Below, one piece after another: positions 40,300-51,359 of a stretch of 64,000 nucleotides of DNA. The position numbers were made by a program, and so were the translations under genes. Origin of the DNA: Mobula hypostoma (lineage: Eukaryota). Each line of letters starts with the position of its first letter. The first letter of the stretch is position 1. The stretch lies in NCBI RefSeq assembly GCF_963921235.1, contig NC_086118.1, forward strand, positions 13,456,001-13,520,000. Reading direction: 5' to 3'. Below the pieces are notes generated by a model. The model made no database searches. It had not been told where the DNA came from and saw nothing but the letters and a program-made list of their open reading frames with translations.

Positions 40300-40394
40300 T
40301 CACTGGGACTCAACATCTCCCTCTGCAAATGGATACTGGATTTCTTAACAGTAAGGCCACAATCAGTCCAGAGGGCAGCAATGTCTCTAGTCAC
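38259..40394 (-). CDS. CR1 ORF2 fragment (reverse transcriptase, no endonuclease); the first ~32 aa come from antisense host Rex1 sequence
   Basis: KSPGPDG, GNYRPVSLTS, YLDFQKAFDKV, GVPQGSVLGP, KFADD and LEYCVQFWSP motifs with no stops. Confidence 0.9.
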   Translation of the reverse strand: MTRDIAALWTDCGLTVKKSSIHLQREMLSPSEVDMQWQAFKGCMDELQQLFIPVWQKNKSRKVVHPWLTREIRDSINSKEVAYKLARESGSPEDWEKFRVQQRRTKGLIRKGKKDYERKLAENIKTDCKSFYRYVKRKRLIKTNVGPLQTETGELIMGSKDMADQLNNYFGSVFTKEDINNLPEIVRDRGSSEMEELSEIHVSREVVLGKLKGLKADKSPGPDGLHPRVLKEVAQEIVDALVIIFQNSLDSGLVPEDWRVANVTPLFKKGGREKPGNYRPVSLTSVVGKLLESVIKDVITAHLESGEMIGQSQHGFVKGKSCLTNLIEFFEDVTSRVDRGEPVDVVYLDFQKAFDKVPHRRLVCKLKAHGIGGKVLVWVENWLADRKQRVGINGTFSEWQAVTSGVPQGSVLGPQLFTIYINDLDEGIKCSISKFADDTKLGGSVSSEEDAKRMQGDLDRLGEWANSWQMQFNVDKCEVIHFGGKNRKTDYYLNGGRLGKGEVQRDLGVIIHQSLKVGMQVQQAVKKANGMLAFIARGFEYRSREVLLQLYKALVRPHLEYCVQFWSPNLRKDIFAIEGVQRRFTRLIPGMAGLSYEERLDELGLYSLEFRRLRGDLIETYKILKGLDRLDAGRLFPMLGRSRTRGHSLRIEGKPFRTEVRKNFFTQRVVNLWNSLPQQTVEASSLAMFKRKLDMALVATGVRGYGGKAGF

Positions 40395-41673
40395 ATTGTG
40401 CTGAGCACTGGCACTCCCCAGGGCTATGTGCTCAGCCTACTGCTGTTCACACTGCTGACGTATGACTGTGTTGCAGGATCCAGCTCAAACCGTGTTATCA
40501 AGTTTGCGGATGACACGACAGTGGTTGACCTCATCAAGAACAATGATGAGACAGGGTGTAGACAGGAAGTGGAGCGGCTGGTGGATTGGAGTGAGAAGAA
40601 CAACCTAAACCTGAATGTGGAGAAGACAAAGGAAATTATTGTGGACTTCAGGAAGGTGCAGACAAACTACACCCCTCTGCGAATACATGGCTCCTCCGTA
40701 GAGAGAGTTAAGTGCACCAAGTTTCTGGGAGTTCACATCATGGATGACCTCACCTGGTCCCATGACATCATCTCCCTGAACAAGAAGGCACAGCAGCGCC
40801 TCCACCTCCTAAGAAATTTGAGGCCATCTTAATTGCCTTTACAAGAGCACCATTGAGATCATCGTGACAAGTTACATCTCCATCTGGTACGGGAGCAGTC
40901 GAGCATCGGACCTGAAGTCCCTACAAAGAGAGGATCGTAAGGGTGTGCTGTGTATGCAGGGCTCTTAGTATTATTAAAGATACCACCCATCTGTGCAACA
41001 TCCTCTTTCTCTCTACCGTCAGGCGGGAGACTCTAATCGAGAATAACAAGAACTGTTAGGATGGGAATAGTTTCTTCCCCCAGGCCATTAGGCTTCTGAA
41101 CTCCCTGCTGCATTATTTTCGAAGTGTCACTGGTTAATCTGCTCTGTACCTTAGAATATTTAATATTAATGCACTTTAGTTTGTTATTTATGAGTGATTC
41201 TTCTGTAGATTTTATCCTTCTCTTTATCAATTATTGTGTGTTAGGCATATTGCTCTGTTTTACACCATGGTTTGGAGAAACATTGTCTCATTTCTATATA
41301 CTGTACATTATATGGTTATATACATTATATACATGTATATAGTTAAATGCCAATAAACTTGATTTGACCTGAGTTGATGAACACATTAAATAGTGCACAG
41401 CACAGCAAAATCTAGGAACAGGAATAGGCATTTTTACTCTTTGAACCAGCTCCACTACTCAATATAACTATGATTGCACCCTTAGCAACACAATGTATTC
41501 ATGCTCTCTCTCATATCATTTGGTCTTTAATGCCATTTATCTCCTGCTTAAATGTACAGTATTCAGTGACTTGGCATCTATAGCCTAGTATGATAGAGAA
41601 TTTCACTGCTTCACAACCGACTGACTGAGATTATTTTTCCTCATCTCAATTTTAAATGTCTCACCAAGTATAC

Positions 41674-41983
41674 CATATGTTGGCGCATGGCCAAGTGGTT
41701 AAGGCGTCTGTCTAGTGATCTGAAGGTCACTAGTTCGAGCCTCAGCTGAGGCAACGTGTTGTGTCCTTGAGCAAGGCACTTAACCACACATTGTCCTGTG
41801 ACAAAACCGGTGTCAAGCTGTATCGGCCCTAGTGCCCTTCCCTTGGACAACATCGGTGGCGTGGAGAGGGGAGACTTGCAGCATAGGCAACTGCCAGTCT
41901 TCCATACAACGTTGTCCAGGCCTGTGCCCTGGAAGCCTTCCAAGGCAGAAATCCATGGTCTCACGAGACTAATGGATGCATAT
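41674..41983 (+). mobile_element. tRNA-derived SINE with CORE-like block
   Basis: A box TGGCCAAGTGG, B box AGTTCGAGCC, GTGTCCTTGAGCAAGGCACTTAACC; TSD AAGTATAC (41666-41673 and 41984-41991). Confidence 0.85.
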
Positions 41984-43552
41984 AAGTATACAGAGACCAC
42001 GTGTACCCTGGTACTCCTGGTGGACCTGCAGTTTGACCAGAAACAGGAGGAAAGACCAGAAAGAGAGGCGGCCTTGCTAGAATATCCCAAGGAAGGATGG
42101 GTAGAAGAGTTCCAGCAGGAGTATTCTATCCCTTAACCTTGTACAGAGTGCTACATGTCTAGCTAGAAGCTTTTAATTCCTGGGAGCCTGAAAAGAGAGA
42201 TCGTTGATAGCACATTCTCGAAGGTCAATGTTTATAGCAATGCACACATCACCGATTCTTTTGGTATCTCACTCAGTTGGAATATGGTACATACCATCTA
42301 CAGGATGCAAGATAACTTAGCAAGATTTATTCAATCCCTAACTACCAAGCTCCATTACCAACAAAGACATGAGCTGCAGTTTCCCTCCAGTTGACATACC
42401 AACCCATGCCTGACTTCAATTATGATCTCTTCCTCCTTGCTGGTTGAAAGTTTGATCAAATAGCACAGTGTGAGTTACCATCACCAGAACCAATGTGGCA
42501 GATCGAGAAAGCTCAGTATCACTTGCTCAGGCCAATAAAGATGGGTCATGCTTGCAATGTCCATGTGTCCAAAGTACATTTAAAATTGCAAATTCAGCCA
42601 TTACTTGATGGATGAGTATTGAAGTCTACAGTAAAACCAAAAAATGGTAATAAATTTCCAATCCATCTTTCCGTCTACTCACTAAACCAGTATGGAATGA
42701 AATATAAGGGGTATCAGTTATTTAACCTGGATTTGTTTTATCCTTTTCTACCCCCATTCTCCACTCCCCAGAAATCCCAGAACTCCTATTGGATTTTTAT
42801 CCAATTTTTATAATGTTGCTCTGCTAAATTTATAAATAAAAGGTTTTCTTTAAATAATTTTTATTCTGCTACTACCGGAATTGGTATAGTGAACCATTTA
42901 TCTTGATTGTAGTTGGCCTCAACCTTGTCCAGTAATAGAGGTAAGACAAATGGAGTAGTCCGGTTGATAGATGCTTTTTTAATGTCCTTCACTATTACAC
43001 CCATTATATTTAAAGCTGACATTTTTAAAGTCTGAGTTTTCTGATCATTCCCGTCCAGGACATTTATGTTAATTATTCTCTTAATAATTCATGGTTGCAA
43101 TATTGACTGGAATAAGAACTATATATCTAAAATTATCTGAATATAAATAATACAGATATTAATAGGAAAAGGCATTATCAAACTCGAACTGTAACAAGGA
43201 CGGATAGCTGAAAAGCAGAATTCTGGAAGATACAGCGTATGTAGAATTTGTACTTGGGTACTAGCAAATAATTGCAAACTACATAGTGTGACATCTCTTC
43301 TCTTCTTAACATTCACATTTTATGATAGAATGGAGTTTTACAGGTATCTACTGGTAAAACAGCTATCTGTAATGTTTTACATTTGATGCTAGTTCTCAGA
43401 GCAAGATATTAGAAGATCGGTTTTGGTGGCCTCTAGATCTATATGCCTTAGTATCGTGAACAATTAATAAATGAACTGCATCAAATTAACTCCCTTAATT
43501 ACAACCGGTTTAATAGTAACATGTTAATAAGAAAAATACATAAACTTTGGTG

Positions 43553-43728
43553 CAACACACATCAAATTTGCTGGTGAACGCAGCAGGCCAGGCAGCATCT
43601 CTAGGAAGAGGTACAGTTGACGTTTCAGGGCTGAGACCTCTTCCTAGAGATGCTGCCTGGCCTGCTGCATTCACCAGCAAATTTGATTTGTGTTGCTTGA
43701 ATTTCCAGCATCTGCAGAATTCCTCGTG
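43553..43728. mobile_element. 176-bp fold-back Penelope-derived mini-element
   Basis: Near-perfect inverted arms of about 58 bp around a partial hammerhead; perfect 12-bp TSD TAAACTTTGGTG (43541-43552 and 43729-43740). Confidence 0.88.
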
Positions 43729-44063
43729 TAAACTTTGGTGGTTTTTATTGAATGTGAGTGTTGTTGACTGCCCATAGTTGTCCTTGAGAAGGTGGTGGTG
43801 AGGGTGGTGAGCTGCTACTTGAAACTGCTGCCAACCTTCTGATGAATTCTGATGAATTGCCACTAAGTATCCATTCTCAACTGCACTCGTAGTCACAGCA
43901 TTTGTCTCTGGCCCAGTTTAATTTCTGTTCAATAGCGATCCCTAGGATATTAATCATGGTAAAGCCATTGAATGACAAAGTTAGGAGGTTACACTCTCTT
44001 TTGTTGGAGAGGCTACTTGTCTGGTAACTTTCATGGGACTAACATCAGCAAATATCTCCACGT

Positions 44064-44904
44064 TGTTACGTACCCTGTAACTGGGTTGCCAAACCAGCAG
44101 AAATGGATCACTCAGTTGGAATCTGGATTACTAGAACTAAGAAAGTTTCATTAAAGAAACAAGCAACACAGTAATCGAAAGGACAATAAATGCAACAGGT
44201 CAGCAATGATAAACCCACATGTGTACAGAATTAAGATAACAGCATCAATCAAGCTCTATCGTTGTCTAGGGGTAAATGACCAATTTCAAAGTGACACAAA
44301 AGTCCAGTTCGATTTAATAGTTCAGTTCGCAGTAATCGTTGCCATGGCAATGGACAACGTGGGGGGGAGGGAGAGAGAGAACGACTGATCATTCGGAAAC
44401 GGCTTCCACTCACAAACCGGCGATATTGCTCACAAGCAGCTTTCGGGCGGGTCCTTTGTGATGTCACCTGAGGTCACCGACTGTGACCCCTCCTCCAGAT
44501 GAGGTCGATCCTCTGCAGTGAACCCGGCACCCAAGCGAGGGTGGATACACACCGGGTTCCCGCTGATCGTACCTTTCCACCCTGTGCGTTTAAGGTCCAA
44601 TACTTCCCACCGACTCGTGAGAGGTGCACCGCTTCCAGGGTCTCGTTACCTCGGGTGTCGTGTGTGTGTTGCCTTAGTGAACCTGTCCCTTTTTATCCCC
44701 CTGCTGTGGTATCACCTGTCCATCACTTCAAACAGTTCAGGGTTCAAAGGGGGAGCCGCTCCAGACAGCTCTCTCTCCCGTCCCTTCATTACACATCTCC
44801 AGATGCTGCTTCATTGTTCCTTATCTCTCCTTCCCCTGAGGACAGGTGGCAGACCAACTGCTGATCTCACAGGACAGCTAACATCTATGTGTATTCTCGT
44901 CACA
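44064..44904 (-). repeat. 3' LTR of the Gmr1-like element
   Basis: TGTTACG...GTCACA; about 28 differences from 48144-48983 by eye count, many of them CpG transitions. Confidence 0.97.
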
Positions 44905-44916
44905 CTTCCTCCCTTT
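44905..44916 (-). promoter_or_regulatory. Polypurine tract
   Basis: Minus strand AAAGGGAGGAAG abutting the 3' LTR. Confidence 0.9.
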
Positions 44917-45029
44917 AAGGATTTTTACCGGGAGGTAAAAATTACAAACATGAATATATTATTTGATACGCACACAAATACACATCTTTATCAGCTATTT
45001 GGCTAACACAGCGAGTTTGAAGTTGTCAA

Positions 45030-45560
45030 CACCTTGACAGACAGTCATCAGTTCCTTTTATATGTGTTATTAATAATCCCTTAGACTAGGCTCCAACTCA
45101 GCAAACTTCATAGTGGCCAAAAACACTGATGAATTTCAATCAATGTAACCTCTCATTTGGTTTTGTCCCGGACAATAACAAGGGTCGTCCCATTCCGACT
45201 CAGTTTTCTCTCACAAGGGCTTAGTAGGAGGGGGAGGGGTAGTGACCGCAGATTTATTGCAAAACTTCCTACAGTACCCCACCATCTCCCAGAGCCTTCT
45301 GAGCCTCTTGTCTGTCGGGGTTGGGAGGTCAGCGATAGCCTGCACTGTAGCTTGCATCGCTGCCAGCTGCCCCTGTGTCACCACAATTCCCAGGTAAGTG
45401 ACCCTCATGTGGCCGAATTCATTTTTTTCAAGGTTCGCTATCAAGCTGGCTTCAGACAGCCGTATTAAATTGCCAATACACACCTCTGTGTTCGTCAGCC
45501 CTTTAATCACTGAATTACTCATTATATATGGTTGTTGTTTACCAGGCTAACCTATTGTAA
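45030..45560 (-). pseudogene. pol: Eroded reverse transcriptase / RNase H remnants
   Basis: NLEKNEFG..VTYLGIVV..AIADLPTPTDKRLRRLWEMVGYCRKF resembles the Gypsy RT thumb; the YxDD position reads CIGN (45469-45480); ITHIKGTDDCLSR resembles the RNase H C-terminus. Confidence 0.8.
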
Positions 45561-45624
45561 CAGACATCACCCAACGTCCCAGTTCCTTGCATCGCCTCAG
45601 GACAATCAAACACACGGGTGCGAG

Positions 45625-48045
45625 TCATTTAATTACTTCTGCTAAAGATTCGCTTTGTTCGGGGATTAAGGGAGAGACCTTATCAGTAGACCTGGCCAAA
45701 ACAATAGCCTTCTCCCATCTGATCGATCCCATTCTAATCTTTTCAAAATGTTTTTTTTCTCTTATCAGGGGGCCCCTAGCTTCATTGATTTCCACGCTAA
45801 CACCGACTAGGTTTGTTAGCATATCAAAAGCCTGTGACCGTCTCAGTTCGCGTCGGTCATAATCAATAACATCCTTCCCCCTGGGCAGCCGGTAAACCTC
45901 TTTCATGATTCCACCAACTGTTTCCTCCAGTACCGCAAAATGTCCACCGGAGGGTACCTTGTGGGCCACGTTAAAAATCTCATCCTCATAACTCTTTTGC
46001 ACCACCCCCCATTCCTCATCTGCGGGCACGGTACTTGGTCTCCCTTTCTTCCTTAGCACTTCCTCCTCCACACAATAGCCTACTAGTTCCCTTGTTAAGC
46101 CTGTGTCAGAGAGAGCTGTCTCTGCCAAAACCATCAGCCCCTCATCTCGCTCCTGCGTCTGCACAAATTCTTTCCTGGCTACTGCTACGTCTGTCCCAGC
46201 TCCCTCACTACCTCTTGTTTCACTACACTCCTTCTTTTCACTTTCTACCCCCTTCTCGTACAAGACTGGCAGAAATGTTTCAGCTAAATTCACTACCGCA
46301 GCCCCATGATGAACCTGTGAGTCCATGGGCGGGGCCTCACTGCTGGCAGGCTGACCTGTCAATCTCACGACTGGGAACACGATTCCCCCGGCGATGTCAT
46401 TACCGAGCAAGACTTCCACGCCTTTCATCGGTAATTCGGACCTCACCCCGATCGTGAATAGTCCAGAGACCAGGTTGCTTTGTAAGTGTATCTGATGCAA
46501 AGGAACTGACTCTGTCCCTTCCCCAACACCTTTGACCTTTACCTCCCCAGTCTGGGTCTCTGAGCTAAACTCTAATACACTCTTCAGTATTAGTGACTGA
46601 CACGCTCCCGTGTCTCTCCAGATCTGCACTGGAACTGGTTTTAACCCCTCCTTCACCGACACCAATCCGGCCGAGATAAACCTCTTGCGCCCTTCCTGAA
46701 CTTTGGCAGACCTGTCCTTCCGTAGCGTTTCGCTTAACAGCTCGATACAGCCATTCAAAATTGCCGTTTTTCCTTTTCCCGTCTCCTTCTTTGGGGCAAA
46801 GCACCTGGATGCAAAGTGTCCGACTTTCCCGCAATTATAACAGACGATCCTAGGAGACTTCCTACCTAGACTGCTCCCGGTCTACCTTATCCTTTTCACT
46901 AGTCCCCGGCTTACTTTCTGACTTTTCCGGTGGACTCTCCCCTTCTGGTAGCCTTTACTCGGGGCAAACTTCATTTTATGCGTCAACGCATACTCATCCG
47001 CTAACTTAGCGGTTGTGGCTAACGTGGCTGCCTCTTTCTCATTGAGGTAGGGTCTCATACCCTCAGGGACACAACCTTTGAACTGCTCAATCAGGATCAG
47101 CTGTAGCAGTCTGTCATAATCCCCCTCTACCTCCTTTGAGGTGCACCAACGCTCACAATATGTCTGCATCTCAGGGGCAAACTCCAAATACGTGCAGTCC
47201 CACTGCTTCCTCGCATTCCGGAACCTCTGCCGGTATGCCTCCGGGACCAACTCATAAATCCTGAGGATGGCCTCTTTCACCACCTCATACCTCTGGGCAT
47301 CTTCTGCGGACAAAGCAGAGTAAGCTTCTTGGGCTTTCCCTTTCAGTACACTCTGAAGTAACACAGCCCACTTATCCCTCGGCCAGTCCTGACTTATAGC
47401 CACTTTTTCAAAATGGAGGAAGTACCGATCCACGTCAGTATCGTCAAATGAGGGAACCAGCCTAACCTCCTGGGTCGCCCGGAACCCTCCACCTTGGTTC
47501 GGCACGAGCCCCTGCTCTGCCCTTAACCTTAACTTCTCCAATTTGAATTCCCTTTCCCTCTGTTTCTCCAACTGCTGCAACTGTCTTTCTCTCTCTTTCT
47601 CTTCTCTCTCCAACTGTCTCTCTCTCTCTTTCTCCTTCCTTTCTAACTCTCTCTCCTTCTCTTCTCTCTCCAACTGTCTCTCTCTTTCTTTCTCTTCTCT
47701 CTCCAACTGTCTCTCTCTCTCTTTCTCTTTCCTTTCTAACTCTCTCTCCTTCTTTTCTCGCTCCAACTGTCATACCCGGAACTCGTGCTCGAGCCTCAGT
47801 TTTTCAAACTGCACCTGTACCGCGTCTCCAGCAGGTTTTTCAATAGACACCACCTCCAGCTCACCTTGGGGAAACACACCTTTAGATACATAGTGTTCTA
47901 CAATAGCTGTGTGTATCTCCTCTCTCCTCATTGTCGACTTCCCCTTAGCAAGATTCAACCGTTTGGCCACAGCTACCAATTCCGATTTCCTGGCATCCTC
48001 TAATGCCTCCAAGGTCGGCGCCTTTATAAATTCCTCAGCCTCCAT
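45625..48045 (-). pseudogene. gag: gag-protease frame with two in-frame stops (ORFs 47770-48045, 46882-47766 and 45625-46758 are all in one frame)
   Basis: SCAN-like capsid (YFLHFEKVA...WAVLLQSVLKGKAQEAY...PEAYRQRFR...LEQF-like IEQF); CYNCGKVGHFASRC knuckle at 46801-46842; RDTGA protease motif near 46606-46614 and LLGND; integrase His-His remnant AHKVPSGGHF. Confidence 0.9.
47575..47770 (-). repeat. Purine-rich coding tandem repeat (ERQLEREEKER / ELERKEKER units) inside gag
   Basis: TC-rich repeats on the plus strand, translated in the gag frame. Confidence 0.9.
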
Positions 48046-48121
48046 TTCTGCTGTTTGTCTTTTCTTTCTTTCGGGAATTTTAACCCAATCAATTTACTCC
48101 GTCCCAAATTTAGCGTTCAAA

Positions 48122-48139
48122 ATCCCGGATGAGCCCCCA
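48122..48139 (-). promoter_or_regulatory. Primer-binding site complementary to the tRNA-Pro 3' end
   Basis: Minus strand TGGGGGCTCATCCGGGAT, 4 nt from the LTR; matches the MLV-type PBS-Pro TGGGGGCTCGTCCGGGAT at 17/18. Confidence 0.92.
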
Positions 48140-48143
48140 CTTA

Positions 48144-48983
48144 TGTTACGTACCCCGTAACTGGGTTGCAAAACCAGCAGAAATGGATCACTCAGTTGGA
48201 GTCTGGATTACTAGAACTAAGAAAGTTTCATTAAAGAAACAAGCAACACAGTAATCGAAAGGACAATAAATGCAACAGGTCAGCAATGATAAACACACAT
48301 GTGCACAGAATTAAGATAACAGCATCAATCAAGCTCTATCGTTGTCTAGGGGTAAATGACCAATTTCAAAGTGACACAAAAGTCCAGTTTGATTTAATAG
48401 TTCAGTTCGCAGTAATCGTTGCCATGGCAATGGACAACGTGGGGGGAGGGAGAGAGAGAACGACTGATCATTCAGAAACGGCTTCCACTCACAGACCGGC
48501 GATATTGCTCACAAGCAGCTTTCGGGCGGGTCCTCCGCAATGTCACCTGAGATCACCGACTGTGACCCCTCCTCCAGATGCGGTCGATCCTCTGCAGTGA
48601 ACCCGGCACCCAAGCGAGGGTGGACACACACCGGGTTCCCGCTGATCGTACCTTTCCACTCTGTGCGTTTAAGGTCCGATACTTCCCACCGACTCGTGAG
48701 AGGCGCACCGCTTCCAGGGTCTCGTTACCTCGGGTGTCGTGTGTGTGTTGTCTTAGCGAACCTGTCCCTTTTTATCCCCCTGCTGGGGTATCGCCTGTCG
48801 ATCACTTCAAACAGTTCAGGGTTCAAAGGGGAAGCCGCTCTAGACAGCTCTCTCTCTCGTCCCTTCATTACACATCTCCAGATGCTGCTTCATTGTTCCT
48901 TATCTCTCCTTCCCCTGAGGACAGGTGGCAGACCAACTGCTGATCTCACAGGGCAGCTAACATCTATGTGTATTCTCGTCACA
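48144..48983 (-). repeat. 5' LTR of the Gmr1-like element
   Basis: Direct repeat of 44064-44904; followed on the minus strand by the primer-binding site. Confidence 0.97.
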
Positions 48984-49434
48984 ACGTGCAGTGACAAGAA
49001 AGGCCAATGATGAAGTAGCTGAAAGGAGTTTAGGAAAATGGCATGAGCAAATCTTGGAGTCACATCTAGTGGCTGAAATGATTGACCTTCAACAACCACA
49101 GTCATCTCTTTTTGACTACTTACCTTGAGCCAGGGGTGAGTGGATCCTATTGTTTATTACTGATTTTGATTTTTCCAGGGCTGCCTAATGCTACACTTGG
49201 CCAAATGTCACCTCAAGGACAACAGCTGTCATTCTCACCTATCCTCTTAAATTGATATCTTTTCTCCATCTTTGGACCAAACTCCAATGAGACCTGGAGC
49301 TGTGTGATCCCCGGTGAGTGTTAGTGACATGAAATAGCACTGTCAATTATCAATACACACCAAACTACTCTGGTAGACGCATCAGGTACATCTGTTTTGT
49401 CTGTCAGTATTCACTTCCCCCGTCTTTGCCGCTG

Positions 49435-49678
49435 TTATGGTGGCATGGTAGTATAATAGGGTAAGCTGTTACAATGCCTGGATCAATTCTACTGCTGTCG
49501 GTAAGGAGTTTGTACATTCTCCCCGTCATCTCATGGGTTTCTAACAGGTGCTCTGGATTCCTCCCACATTCCAAAGACGTACCGGTTAATAGGTTCATTG
49601 GTCATTTGAGCGTAAATGGATGGCAGGTGCTCAATGAACTAAAAGGGCCTGTTACAGAGCTGTATCTCTATAAGTAAA
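49435..49678 (+). mobile_element. V-SINE
   Basis: GGAGTTTGTACATTCTCCCCGT..GGTGCTCTGGATTCCTCCCACATTCCAAAGAC. Confidence 0.8.
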
Positions 49679-49927
49679 AGAAAAGGTTGTCTCTTCCCTT
49701 TTTCACCCTTTTCCCACTTACAGTATGTCCACGATATTTCTGATTGCTTTCAGATCAGTCTCATAAACCAAATGGCACTTTTTAAACAGAGTTACAATCC
49801 TTTTCACCTCTGTTCCAGAACACACCAGTCAGAGGACACTTGACCAGAAACGATTCCACCACCATCCTTTGCCGGTCTGATCTCCTTCTCACATTGAACA
49901 ACTTCTTCAACTGCACTGTCTTCCTCC

Positions 49928-51359
49928 GTAGAGTTGTAGAGTACAGCACAGAAGCGGGTTCGTTGGCCCATCTAGTCTGTGCCAATCCATTTAAACTGCC
50001 TACTCCCATCGACCTGCACCCAGACCATAGCCCTCCATACCCCTACCATCCATGTACTTATCCAAATTCTCATTAACTTTGCAACTGAGCTCACCTACAC
50101 CACTTGCACTGGCAGCATGTTCCACACTCACATGATCCTCTGAGTAAAGAAGTTTCTCCTCATGTACCCCTTAAATTTTTCACCTTTCACCCTTAACCCA
50201 TGACCTCTGGTTGTAATCCCCGCAACCTCGTTGGAAAAAGCCTGGTTGCATTTTCCCTGTCTATACCCCTCATAATTTTGTATATCTCTATCAAATCTCT
50301 TCTCAATCTTCTACATTCTGAGGAATATAGTCCCAATCTATTCAATCTTTCCTTATAACTCAGGTCCTACAGACTCGGTGACATCCTTGTAAATTTTCTC
50401 TGCATTCTTTCAACCTTATTTACATCTTTCCTGCAGGAAGGTGAGCAAAACAGCACATGATACTCCAAATTAGGCCTCACTGATGTCTCATAAAACTTCA
50501 ACATAATATCTCATCTCCTATGCTTAATACTTTCATTTATGAAGGACAATGCACCAAAAGCTATCTTTACAACCCTATCTACATATGATGCCACTTTCAA
50601 CGAATTATGGACCTACCCTTTGTTCTACCACACTCCACAGTGCCCTACCATTAACTGTAGGGTGAACTAATGTGGTTAGCCCTACCAAAGGATAAGATGA
50701 TGTGTATTAGATGATGACGGGCATTGATTGTGTGGATAGTCAGAGGCTTTTTCCCAGAGTTGAAATGGCTAACACGAGAGGGCACAGTTTTAAGGTGCTT
50801 GGAAGTAGGTAAAGAGGAGATGTCAGGAGTAAGTTTTTTTACGCAGAGAGTAGTAAGAGTGTGGAATGGGCTGCTGGCTACGGTGATGGAGGTGGATACG
50901 ATAGGGTCTTTTAAGAGACTCCTGGATGAGTACATGGAGCTTAGAAAAATAGAGGGCTATGAGTAACCCTAAGTACTTTCTAAAGTAAGTACATGTTCAG
51001 CACAGCATTGTGGGTCAAAGGGCCTGTATTGTGCTTTAGGTTTTCTATGTTTCTATGTTTCTAAAGTGCAAAACCTCGCACTTGTCTGCAATGAATTCTA
51101 TCTGCCATTTTCAGCCCATTTATCCAGCTGATTCTGATCCCTCTGCAAGTAATGATAGTCCTCCTTGCTGTCCACTACACCCCCAATCTTAGGAGTCATC
51201 CGCAAATTTGCTCCCCTTAATCTTCCATGTTCCAAGGAATAAAGTCTTAACCTATTCAATCTTGCCGTATAACTCAAGTTCCAGTCCTGGCCCAGCAACG
51301 TGCTTGTAAATTTTCTCTGTAAAATTTCAACCTTATTTACATCCTTCCTGTAGTTAGAT
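49928..51359. mobile_element. Cluster of CR1 fragments (minus-strand host with a plus-strand 3' end at about 50691-51062)
   Basis: CR1 3' UTRs in both orientations; (TTCTATGT)n tail at 51042-51062. Confidence 0.8.

Larger units (their letters stand above)
37785..41378 (+). mobile_element. Rex1/Babar LINE remnant split by the CR1 insertion
   Basis: LTDIFN, NYHPVAVT..MKCFEQLV, LFIDFNSAFNTI (37785-38165) continues as SLGLNISLCKWILDFLT..PQG..KFADD..KAQQRLH from 40300; AATAAA tail near 41352. Confidence 0.9.
44064..48983 (-). mobile_element. Gmr1-like Ty3/Gypsy LTR retrotransposon, non-autonomous (gag and protease recognisable, integrase/RT/RNase H eroded)
   Basis: Two ~840-bp direct repeats with TG...CA ends; 4-bp TSD ACGT (44060-44063 and 48984-48987); primer-binding site and polypurine tract in minus orientation; SCAN-like capsid, CCHC, DTG protease, then integrase-before-RT remnants. 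Confidence 0.95.

Noticed and set aside
40299..40394. N-terminus of the 711-aa ORF as genuine CR1 protein
   Set aside because: It is the reverse complement of the host Rex1 RT; the ORF has no endonuclease domain and cannot be autonomous
38641..40404. Plus-strand ORFs overlapping the CR1 (similarly 57863-58462 and 46035-46457)
   Set aside because: Antisense shadows of transposon coding frames
41680..41755. tRNA gene (also 20560-20625)
   Set aside because: A and B boxes are present but there is no complete cloverleaf; both continue into SINE bodies, and the 41.7-kb one has a TSD
44206..45006. ORFs duplicated at 48286-49010
   Set aside because: They lie within the two LTRs and have no recognisable domains; start and stop positions of most of them differ between the copies
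46882..46884. In-frame TAG as a programmed gag-pol readthrough site
   Set aside because: It lies upstream of the CCHC knuckle. An alternative frame (ESPPEKSESKPG...) bridges it, which suggests two compensating indels instead
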